Assembly: GCA_010356995.1 (NCBI GenBank)
Contig: ML996693.1
Coordinates: 682,001 to 746,000 of the forward strand
DNA from: Trichodelitschia bisporula
Taxonomy: Eukaryota
DNA length: 64,000 nucleotides
Direction of reading: 5' to 3'
In this document: positions 25,195 to 35,830 of the stretch, piece after piece
How positions within the stretch are numbered: the first letter of the stretch is position 1
How the letters are laid out: every line of letters begins with the position of its first letter
Program-made: the position numbers and the translations under genes
The notes under the pieces: model-generated
The model's database searches: none
The model's input: only the letters and a program-made list of their open reading frames with translations
What the model was told of the DNA's origin: nothing

Positions 25195-26118
25195 TCATAC
25201 AGGCCACGGAGGGTCTTCAAGCCTCCGGAAGCAAGCAACGTACTTGGTGCCCCCGTTCCTTTCCACCTTCTTGCCCTCTTCGGTGCCTGTCTTCATGATT
25301 TCGACGCACTCATCGGAGGCAAGCTCCTCTGAGGTAAGAGTCAGGAACAGCGGACATGCCTCGAAATGCTCCTTCATCCAGAGATGAAGATCCTCGACAT
25401 CCGTAATCGTATAAACAATTCCTCCTGGCCGCAAGACAAAGGCATACTCGGCAGTGAGCGTCGCAGAGACGATCCTCGCCTTGTGTTTGCGGGCCTTAAA
25501 ATGCGGATCCGGAAAGCAGAGAAAGATCTTCGTGAGCTGCGCCCGATGGAAGAAGTTGGGCAGAAACTTCATGGAATTTGCTCGGCAGCATGAGATGTTG
25601 CGATAAAGTCCAGATTCGGCATTTTGAACTCTCATGGCCTTGATCTTCTCTTGCACGAACTCGGCCACGGACACGCGAAGTTCCATTCCTACATCTTGTT
25701 GGCTAGGTTCTGCTGACAGTAGAGACTTGGAACAACTAGAACCAGAAAGTGGGAGTCTATCACGCACCTAGCATCAGCGCATCCGGTAAGCGTGGTGAGA
25801 GCGCAAAGAGCAGCCCGCCGAAGCCACAGCCAATATCCGCAACCTCGATTCTTTTGCTTTGATCAACAAAATCGGGATAGTGACTGGACCAGTCCATGGA
25901 ATCAGGCGTCCGGGGGCTGTGAGTCTGTTAGAATTATAGAACACGAACGTTTCCTAAGCATACTAAGACAGCGCATGATCCGAGAAAGGATTTGCATGCG
26001 CGCGCTGGCGGTAGAATCGCTTCTTGGGAAGAGTGGCGGCGGCTTCCTCCGGATGCTTTTCATTGAGAGCCGCCTTGTAGGCATCCCGCTTTTGACGTTT
26101 GGCGGGCGGTGGAGGCAT
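25195..26118 (-). CDS. TRM8: tRNA (guanine-N7)-methyltransferase catalytic subunit, 3 exons
   Basis: MPPPPAKRQK...LPKKRFYRQRAHANPFSDH; DIGCGFGGLL; GMELR; IFLCFPDPHFKARKHKARIVS; TEEGKKVERNGG. Confidence 0.95.
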
Positions 26119-26517
26119 GTTGACGATGTCTGTTTTGTAGCATAGAGGATGGGTGATTGGTGAAGGCGTGGGTGAAGGTCAGAATACATGTAGCTTGGCA
26201 TTTGGACTTCGAGATGGACCCCACTCTGCACGTCACCAGTTTCAGCCAACCCTCCTCGAGCTTTTCGATCAACAAAGAACAGCAAACAGCTTGAGTAACG
26301 TTGGTACACTGCAGGCCACTCCGTGATGATACTTGTCCAATTGTACAGTGCGAATCGAATCTAGTTACAGCAATGTCGCCACCGGGGTCTGGCCCATGTC
26401 CGTACCTGAACCAGCTCAAAAGGGTAGTCCGCCTGGAGAACAAGCACAAAAAGTGGAAAGTGCACCCTAAAAACACACCGCTTGCATACCAAATGCTTCT
26501 TTCCCATGACACGTAAC

Positions 26518-27507
26518 TCATTTGAACTCAAATGCCGGCGTGCACCCGTGATCTTCGACGTGCTTCAACTCGAGTTGCTGGAACCTGTAGCGAGGTTAGT
26601 GCAGGCACGGCAGGGAAAGGCTGACAACCACTCACTTTTCAGTTTTGGCATGGAAGTAGATGCCACTGATGCTCCCGCTGACCTGGTTGAAGCATATGTA
26701 GTAGAAGCCATCGAAGCTGGCACCCCTAAGGACTGGGATTCGATGGTCCGGGACCAGAAAATACTCCTTCCATCTCATGAAGATATGCTCCCGCTGTGCA
26801 AAGTCCTTGTAGCTGAAATCTGGCCGCCGCGCCTCCTTCGACAAGGGGCGCCAAGCTGGAAACCGTCCCCAGTGCTGCATGTCGACCTTTTCGTTGCAAC
26901 CCCACTCGGCGTGTTTTGTGTGGAATCCATATTTTGTTCCAATTATCTCGCCCTCAAAGTACGTGGTGAGGGTCGGATGGTCGTCCGTCAGGTCTTGGAT
27001 GTGCAAGTAGCCGCATAAGAACGACTCGGCCATGTCAACATGCTGCAACTCCACCTGCACGTTGTACGTTTGGTGACCGGACTGCTGTGTTCCCTCGAAA
27101 GTAGATCCGGGTTTGAGGAAGGATGAGGTCCAGTTTGGGAGGAAGCGCGTTTTGGGAGAGGGGGAGCAGAAGTGCTCAGGACAGTCAGGCACAGGAGTGG
27201 CCATTGATAGTGAAGGACTAGTGATAGCGTGCGAGAGTCGCCGATCGATTTCGGCACCGTTACCGTGTGTACTGACAGGGCTGGGGGGGTCGCGCGCAGG
27301 ACTATCCGCTCGAGTCTCCGGAACTTTCACATCGAATGGTGAGAACGCGCTTTCAGCAGGTGGTGTGGGCTGCTGGCGCGGCGGTTCGGAAGCCACGCGC
27401 TCAACAGTTTGGGCCGGACCGACAGCGTCTTGAGGCGGGCAGGTTTGGCGGTTCAGCTCGATGGAAGAGGGCACGACGGTGACAGACTCAGGCCTGGATG
27501 TCGGCAT
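26518..27507 (-). CDS. GID4: GID complex substrate receptor (Pro/N-recognin) GID4/VID24, 2 exons
   Basis: FLKPGSTFEGTQQSG; LTTYFEGEIIG; IFMRWKEYFLVPDHR; GASFDGFYYICF; intron 26635-26585; terminal exon FQQLELKHVEDHGCTPAFEFK*. The start at 27507 (MPTSRPES) is inferred; the frame also has an upstream ATG at 27585. Confidence 0.92.
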
Positions 27508-27895
27508 GACGAATATGATGGTGGGATGACAAGTATAAACATAGGGGGGAAGATGAGGGTATCCTGGATGTATGCGATGCGCCAACGAGACGTCGCGGAG
27601 CCGAGGACTTGGATTGGTGATAGTACGTGGGATGGGAGGCGAATGCAGAAGGGTGTTGCGCGAAACTACATAGAATAGGGATAGGAAAGGGCTCGTCTCG
27701 GGACGTTAGGGAATGTATAAAAATCGAGCAGGATGTAGTTACACAAGTCGATTGTGGTAGATGTGGAGGAGGGAGTAGCGTTTATCAGACAGATGAGAGG
27801 TTTGGATGCGACAAGATGGTTGGGGGGGTGTGGGGATTGAGGGTGGGGACGACAAGCCTTCGGATACAAGGTTTCTCCAGTCGGCAGCAAGACTT

Positions 27896-27935
27896 GGGGG
27901 GGGGGGGGGGGGTGGGGGGGTGGTGAGGGGGGTGG
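27896..27935 (+). repeat. Poly-G tract (G17) with further G-runs, G-quadruplex-capable
   Basis: G17-T-G7-TGGTGA-G6-T-G3, about 400 bp upstream of the GID4 start. Confidence 0.85.
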
Positions 27936-28893
27936 GCTCTCGTGCCGTTCAAGTCATGGAACGATTCTCGACCTATTTTCTTGGGGGAGAGGGGAGGATT
28001 GGTGAGAGGAGGAGGCGGGGAAGGCTTTAAGCTACCACGTAGATGAAGACATATGGCGTGGATCCTCATGGCCCACTTGTAGTTTAGGGCAATCGGGGGG
28101 CTCCCCTCAGTCATCGCATTTCCACTTGATACTTGATGAGTGACGACTGACGAAGCTCTGTCGGGTTATGTTCGACGGCGGTGGTAGAGGGCAAACGACC
28201 TCACGACCCAACAGGTTCAAGCGCTAGCTGCACCACGCATTTTACCTCCTGCTGCTCACAGTCACGAGCTGATTGAAGCAGCAGTGAGATCACAGAGCGT
28301 ATTGGAAAAAGAAAGTAGCCAGACCATAATCTGCGCAACGTGCTTGCCCTGCAGATGAACAGACTGTGGGCGAAGTAATTCGGCGCATGTCCTGATACAC
28401 TGCTCACTAAGGCATACGATGATTGAAGGGCGAGGACAACTGTACATCCGTACTGTACAGTAACAACAAGAAGGCATCCACTCTTCATACGGTAGTCATT
28501 CTTACGGATGTACCCGCACATCGTCACGTACCGTACATCCTCGCCCTGGGCTGCTGCTACACCTTCTCCGCTTGCCACGCAAACGCTTGGCCTCCCCCCC
28601 CGCAAGCCAATTGTTATGGCCAGTAAAGGGACCGTGCTTTCTCGACTTCTCCACGTATCGCGGGGAAAAATGACACCTCAGGCGCTGAATTTGAACATGT
28701 CGTCGGTAAATAGTGCCGCCGATCCCGCACCCTACTCGGAAATTTCCTGTACAGAAAACTTCCTCTCAACCCCCCGCCATCAGGGTCGGTGGGAGAAATC
28801 TTCTATGAAACTGCTATCTGCCACTTGAATCTCTGATCATTTCTCACTCCTTACAACTTCCCGCTATCGTTTCTACTGCCCCCTCACCGCGCC

Positions 28894-30060
28894 ATGGGAA
28901 AAACACGCCCCCCCGAGAGATCCAAGCTTGCGAAGCGCAAGAAGAAGTCGACCAACGGGCCGAACAACTCACAATCCCCCGAAGAGCTTCTTGCACAAGC
29001 CACCGCCCTCCTCCAGATATCAGAGCCCGAATCTGCACTGTCAACTGCCAGAAGCGCCTTGGCCCAGCTCCAGCTGCGCGCTGCATCAAACTCAAACCGC
29101 ATCGCTCTCCTCCCCGCTCTCAGTCTCATCGGAGAAATCAACGTCGAACTGGGAGACATTGAGAGCGCTCGGGAGGCATTCGCTCTCAGTGCTGACATTG
29201 ATACGAATGGAGATGCGCCAGAGTCGCAAGGCGGAGGAGCGGAGAAGTTCCTATGGTTAGCCCAGCTCAGCGAAGAAGGCGGAAGGGACAGTGTGAACTG
29301 GTACGAGCGGGGTGTGGAAACACTCAAGAGGCAACTACACGCCTTGGCCGAGCAAGATTTGGAAGAGGAGGCGGACGCGATCGTTGAGGACAAGCGGACC
29401 AAGCTGGCAAATGCGCTCTGTAGCATTGCCGAAGTCTACATGACGGATCTTTCATGGGACGACAAGGTTGCGGAGGAGCAGTGCAACAAAGTGATTGAGG
29501 AGGCACTGGTGTTTGGGCCGGACATGCCTGAAGTCCTGCAAACAGCGGCGTCGGTCCGGATATCGCAAGTCAAGCTTGAAGAGGCTAGGCACTATCTCCA
29601 GCAAAGCCTGGAACTGTGGAAGGATCTCGAGCCCCACGATCCACAAGTGCCAGACTTCCCTGCTCGCATTAGTTTATCACGACTCCTGATGGAGGCTGGA
29701 ATGGAAGACGAGGCCATAGAAGTGCTGGCGCGCTTGGTTGCAGAGGACGACCAGAGCGTAGAGGCCTGGTATCTCGGCGGTTGGTGTCTCAATCTAATGG
29801 CCAGTAAACAGGGGACGGGGAGCACCGAGGAGGATCCCAAAGAGTTCCAGAAGCGGTCAAGAAAATGGTTGCAGAAATGCCTCAAGCTCTATCAGCTTCT
29901 CGACTACGAGGACGAACGGTTGCGAGAGCATGCTCTTGAGCTGACTGCTGGCCTGAACGACATCCTTGGTGAACCCATCGATGAGGAAGACGATGACGAC
30001 GAAGCAGATGAAGCCTGGCAAGACGATGAGAGCGAAAATGAGGAAATGGAGGGTACTTAG
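28894..30060 (+). CDS. ACL4: Assembly chaperone of RPL4 (ACL4-like TPR protein), single exon
   Basis: 388-aa ORF: basic N-terminus, GGGAEKFLWLAQLSEEGG, ALCSIAEVYMTDLSW, PDFPARISLSRLLME, DDQSVEAWYLGGW, acidic tail. Confidence 0.88.
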   Translation: MGKTRPPERSKLAKRKKKSTNGPNNSQSPEELLAQATALLQISEPESALSTARSALAQLQLRAASNSNRIALLPALSLIGEINVELGDIESAREAFALSADIDTNGDAPESQGGGAEKFLWLAQLSEEGGRDSVNWYERGVETLKRQLHALAEQDLEEEADAIVEDKRTKLANALCSIAEVYMTDLSWDDKVAEEQCNKVIEEALVFGPDMPEVLQTAASVRISQVKLEEARHYLQQSLELWKDLEPHDPQVPDFPARISLSRLLMEAGMEDEAIEVLARLVAEDDQSVEAWYLGGWCLNLMASKQGTGSTEEDPKEFQKRSRKWLQKCLKLYQLLDYEDERLREHALELTAGLNDILGEPIDEEDDDDEADEAWQDDESENEEMEGT

Positions 30061-31571
30061 AATTCGTTAGCTGAAGAACAGGTACCGAGGGCGCACTACG
30101 GACGTGGGGTTAGAGGAGCATCTGCATGTGACGAGGCTGATGGAGGCTCTGCGAGGCATTATTTACTGGTTCAAGGCAATCAATGAGGGTCCGGGGTGGG
30201 GCCGAGCCGGTTAGTGCTTTGAGCTTGGTAGGGTACGTACGAGTACTACAGTATGGGATGCTTAAGGAGTGACCCAGGGACCACCAACAACCCTAGGACT
30301 GGCAAGCCGTCGAAGCCGTCCAAGCATGAATTAGGCATTGCACTAAAATCGGAGGGTTCATGAGGTGTGCGGACTGTAGGTACCGTAGATACGAAGTACA
30401 TCCGTATGTACATGCGATGTACGAATGAAGGGGAATGCAGCCAGCGGAGCCAAATCCGCCTTTCATAGAGCGTGCCTTGGGACCAGAAAATGGCGGTAGT
30501 AATAAGCGAGAAGAATTACCCATTGGGTTTGTTGGTAGGGTTTTGTTTCTAAGCCCGAGTCCAAACTGAGTTTTACCGGTAGCGCTGAATCCCTTCCACC
30601 ATTTGGCTTCCATCGGCGCTAATCTATGCCTAAACGAGACCAAATGCCTGAAGCGGACGTCATCTTGCGCCGGAGCGGACAGGAGACGAAGGCGTAGGTA
30701 CGGTAGTAAAAGAATAAGGAAGCGGCGAGGTAGGGTGGCTTATCCTTCGCCAGCCCGTTGTTAATGTCGCCTACTCCGTACGCTTCTATCCAGCCATTGC
30801 TCGAGCTTTGCGAAAGGGAGGCCTGTCTTCTCCTAACTACCGTAGATTGTGAGGCCCTTCCTCAGAACTAAGGAAGATGTGCATGGTGGGGTAATGGGAA
30901 TGTGGACGGGAGCACAGGCGAGGAAAGGAACAGGTCAGAGGGCACGTACGTACAACAACGTACTATGTACGCAGTAGGGTTAAGAGGTCTTGTTCGTGGT
31001 GATGAAATAAGCTCATGCCCTTACCCCACCGATCTACCCTAGGTGATCTCCGGGGCGGGATGGAGACGAGCTGAGAGAGGGGAGAAAGCTGCATGTGGTT
31101 GTTTCTTGTCCCCTACCCGTCCGCCAAACATACCCAACCTACCCACCTATCGGCCAGTTCTGTACCAGCCCGGTCACTACTCCGTTTCCTCCCCCCACCC
31201 CCCAACCGAGTACATACATACCTACATGCGCCCATCCGCAAAAAATCGTTGTTGGGAGGGCCGACTCTTCTACCCTACCTACCTCAGTCCCACCATGCGC
31301 CGAGCCCTCCGGATGCTTCTTGTTACCTCAAATTTTTGACAGTTTGCTTGTGTCGCGTCTCAAACCCTCCTGCTGCAGAAGACCCGCATGGCTTTTCCTT
31401 CACCTGTCTCTTCTCCAATCATACTCTTGTCTAATGCTGGCATCTACTCGTCCCCAAGCTTCCAGAGCTGTCGCCTCGGACCGCACTTCTAACGCCTGGT
31501 GCTTGCTGAATTTTTTGGACCCGCCCTCGAGCTTGTGAGGGGACCACACTGGCAGCTTCCTGCGCCCGCGA

Positions 31572-34500
31572 ATGATTTGGTTTCTGTTGTACCCGTTTCG
31601 GGGGTAAGAATCCCACCTTGTGCGCGGGTATCTTGTAGCGCAGTCCCGAAGTACCCCAGACTGACGTCGCCGCGTTCCTCTCAGCACAACTGAGCCTCCC
31701 ATCCTCGCGCCCAACCACCCAATTCGAAAGGCCTTTTACCGCTATGGAACCGCCGCCTCCAGACATTGGCTCGCCAGCATTTTATTTTCTGTGGCAATCG
31801 GCGTTCTGCTCTGCTATCCCGCCTTCTTTCTCTACGAGAATCCCACCACCGGCTTCTCCAAGCTCCCAAACCATGTCTGGACGTCGGCGCGAGCATACGA
31901 AGGCGCTGGTGACGTTCGCGCCGATGTGGCCATCCGTCAAATTTGGGTCCATGGAAGCTACATGAGAGCGCTGGATCGCCACGTTCTGCAAGAGGCACTG
32001 GGCATACAGGAGATGCTTGTGGCGGACGACGTCAGGAAGACATCACTTAAAACTGTTGCGGACGGGCAGAATACGCCGAGTGTTTCATGGGGATTCCATT
32101 CTCCGCTAATGTTTTGGAATTGCTCGCACGAGGTTATCAGCGATGATACCGACATTCTCCGCACTATCAATGAGCATGCCCACAAGAGGTCGTACCTGAA
32201 CCTCACACTGCGGCCAACGTCTGTCTTCGCGGGAAAGTCGTTTGCAAAAGACAAAATCGTCGCAGCCGATGCTCTGGTAATCACGCTCTTTGACCGTGAA
32301 GGTTCAGAGCACATTCGCCAGTGGACCGACCGCATCTCGTCGCTGGCGGCGAAAATGGAAACACGATGGTCACTGTATCCAGAAGATGGCATGGTGGCGC
32401 ACAGCCAGCTTTATGAATTTCAGCAAAAACCATTGAGCTACCAGGATAACATTTTTCTGATCTTAGTCTATGTGTGTATGGCGCTCTATGTCGCTGGGAG
32501 TCTAGGCAAGCTAAGGGCTGTAAAGAGTCGAGCGGGACTGATAGCCACGGGGATAATTCAGGTGCGATTGACGTCCCCCAACGAGTTTCGGTCATTTGCT
32601 GACTATGTGCAGATTGCCGTGTCTATTCTCGGCAGCTTTTCCATTTGTGGCGTGCTTAAGATAGATCTTGCTCGGATACCTGACGCTGCCTATCCCTTCG
32701 TTGTTCTGGTCATGGGCTTAGAGAACATGTATGATCCTCAAAACATGGAAAGCCTCACTAACCTTTTAGGTTCCGCCTGATCAATGCCGTCATCGTCCAG
32801 CCTCCTCAACTTACGACCACGCATCGCGTCGCCAATGCGCTGGGGAACGTGAGCCATCTTTCGCTGGCAACATCTGGTCAAATGCTCATCATATTATGGC
32901 TGCTGTCTAATTTTGCACCAGGAGTTGCAGCTTTCTGCATCTTTGCGGCAATCGCCTTGATCATCGACTTTTTATTTCACCTGACCTTTTTTGTGGCCGT
33001 ACTGAGCGTCGATGTGCGTAGGATGGAGCTCCAGGACTCCTTGGACCGGGTCGACAAGCATCATCCCCACCAGCGGTCCGAGCGTAAATACTGGTTACAG
33101 GCTCTCCTAAGAGGTAGCCTTCCATTCAGCAGTCGGATCGCAGGATCAGTTGTCTCCATTTGCTTCATATTCGCCCTCAACATGCACTTCTACGACTATG
33201 ACAGCTTGAGGGGGTCCATTTCCCAGTCCCTGAAGTCCCTGTTCCGAAAGCGTTCGGTCCAACAAACCACGTCCTTCGCACCGCCGGCCATCAACCAGGC
33301 GCGCACACCTGCAGCTTGGTTAAGGATCCAAGACTACCGATATGCACAGGAGGTGCTCAAACTGGTAAAGCCTCAAGCTCACAGCATCATCGCCAGAGTT
33401 TACGACCCTCTTCTTATAGTCCTCGAAGGCTCCGACAGGACGGGAATTCCGGCTCACCCAAATTCTTTCATTATGGGATTCATTCAGCTTCTCGGAAAGC
33501 ACCTTTACCCATTCATCTTCGTTGTGGTGCTGACACTAGCCATCGTCACACTCCTGATGCAATATCTGCTTTGGAACGAGTTGTCTGAGGAAGAGCCTGA
33601 AGGAAGCGATTTGACAAAACAGATGACTATCATGACATTGCCGAAAGCGCACGTCATGGACATCATCGGGCTCGAGGCATCGCCTCGAGGGCATATTATT
33701 TCCGTGGGTCTCGACCGCCACCTTTCTCTCTACACCTACGATTCCCATCTACACACCTTCTTCCCGACCATCCATGATACATCAGGGCTGCCGACCCCTC
33801 TGTGGCCGGTGGTTGCCGTTGCTCTTGATGACGACGGGATGTGGGCCGCCGTTTGCACGCTTTCAGGGAGAATTGCGCTCTGGAATCTCCCTGAAAGGAA
33901 AATTTATCAATGCCTCGAACTGGACCTTGAGAATCAGCGGCCATCCGTGTTCACCTTGACAACAGTACATCCTAGCGACGGCGAAAAACTTCGTCTGGTA
34001 GTTGGTGTGCCAGACGGTACTGTCACGGAATTTGATGTCTTGCAGCCGAGGCTCGTACAATCATTCCACTTGCACCAATGTCAATCCAAATGCCTCACAA
34101 TCCTGCGATCCAAGTCGATCTTGAAAATAATATCCCTTTCTAAGGGCGGTCGTGTTCTCATCGCCAGCAACAGATTCGGCGAGTGGATCACTGCCCCTCT
34201 AGATCCTAGGGAATCAAGTACTCAGGACAACAGCAAAGTCAGGTTCGTGCTCGCCCTTCCGACCGTATCAGCCATTGCACTGGTCCACCTCGGAAGCGTA
34301 GACCTCGTCGATATGAAAACCCAACGCCTCGTCCACACCTTCTCTACCCCGCAGATAAAACCCCGCTCCCTCTCCATCATGACCTCCACCTGCCGCGACT
34401 GCCGCATCTGCGGCTCCGCCGCTGTGCATAGCCTCGCACTTGTATATACCCGCTGCGATGACTCTACCTGCGTCATGGCAACTCACACCCTCTCCGACGA

Positions 34501-35161
34501 CCACACCGCGCTCTTCTGCCTACGCCCTCAGACCGACACCTCAAACTTTCACTGCAAAACCATCACTCACACAACCCTAACCACTCACACCATCCCCTCC
34601 CCCGGCTCCTGGCACGCCACAAACTCGCAGTCCATAATCGGCATTCGCCCTCGCCGCGCCCACGACCGCGACCCGCCTTGCGCTCCGCCTTCCCCAAGCG
34701 CAAGCACGACGTCCGCATCGCCCACTACCTCCCCAGGTATCTCTTTTCTCACTCGCCGCGGTGCCGCCGCCTCCTCGGCCCCCTTTCCCGCCATGCCCTC
34801 CTCTTCGCCCTCAGCGTACTCCGCCACCGCGGGCTGGGAAGTCTACACCCTCGCCGCGACGGGCGACTTCCATGCGCAATCGCTCGTACCGGCGCCGGGC
34901 ACGGGCGCGACCGAAGACGAGGATGACGCGGGCGCTGGGCTGGATGTTGACGAGCAGCTGTTTGTCGCGCATCCGGGGCCGATGGTGCGGCTTGGAAACG
35001 GGAGTGTCGCGGTGGGGTTCGGGAATAGGGTTAAGGTGCTTACCGTTGGGAGTGAGCGGTTTGATCGTGAGGCGGTGGAATTTGGAAATGGGGTTGGGGC
35101 GGGAGTTGTGGGCGGAACGGGAAGGAGGAGGAGAGCCGCGAGTCGGAGGGCGGCGCATTGA
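31572..35161 (+). CDS. scp1: SREBP cleavage-activating protein (SCAP/Scp1): sterol-sensing domain plus C-terminal WD40 repeats, 4 exons
   Basis: ATG at 31572 (MIWFLLYPFRG/TTEPPILAPNHPIRKAFYRYG). Sterol-sensing-domain segments YPFVVLVMGLENM and TFFVAVLSVDVRRMELQD (MELAD-like motif); WD40-like AHVMDII...WPVVAVALDDDGMWAA...IALWNL. Introns approx. 31604-31684, 32562-32612, 32729-32770. Confidence 0.88.
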
Positions 35162-35830
35162 CAGAGGTCGCGTTATGGGTTTTTGGGTACCCGGTTTCTT
35201 GGGCAATTTGGGGCTAATGTTCTGTGCCTACGGGTACGTGTTAAGGGAAACTGTACGTTTAACGATATCTTTCTTCAGAGTGGGTAGAAGGTACGAGGTG
35301 GTGTTGATGGCAAATGTTGATGTGAACATTAATGTACGGTGGTTTAGCGGAGGACTACTGCTTGTCTTAAAGTGAAGGCACATAGCGCACTTGGAGAGGA
35401 GACTTGCTCGGGAGGTAAAATGAGACAGCACACATTATTCATTGCATACCAGCATGTAGAGGTTATGTGCGTAGGCAACTGCGGCGCCCCCTCCACCGCA
35501 TGGCAGTCAAGCTGCGCGGCAGAATGTGAATATCGACAAAGAGCAGGCCGAAAGGTGAAAAAAAGAGCATGAGCCGCTATGTTGCTGAATGCGGGTATCA
35601 TCGAAGTCCCAAACCGAAAAGCAAAATAGCAGAGCCGACGTGCCCTCCCTAAGGACATAAACAAGAAGGTTACAAACGCCCGCGCTGATGCAAAGGTGCA
35701 TGTGCTGCAACAAATTTGTTTGGAGCCAAGGGCATCGCACAGAAAAGTATGGCAGGTACGACCGACAGACGTATCAAAGAATAGCCCCGAAACGAGGAGG
35801 CTTGACTGACAAACCCAGCGCCCTAGAGGC

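Noticed and set aside
28133..28160. Hammerhead-like TTGATGA...GAAG
   Set aside because: The core is not CTGATGA/GAAA and stem II does not form.
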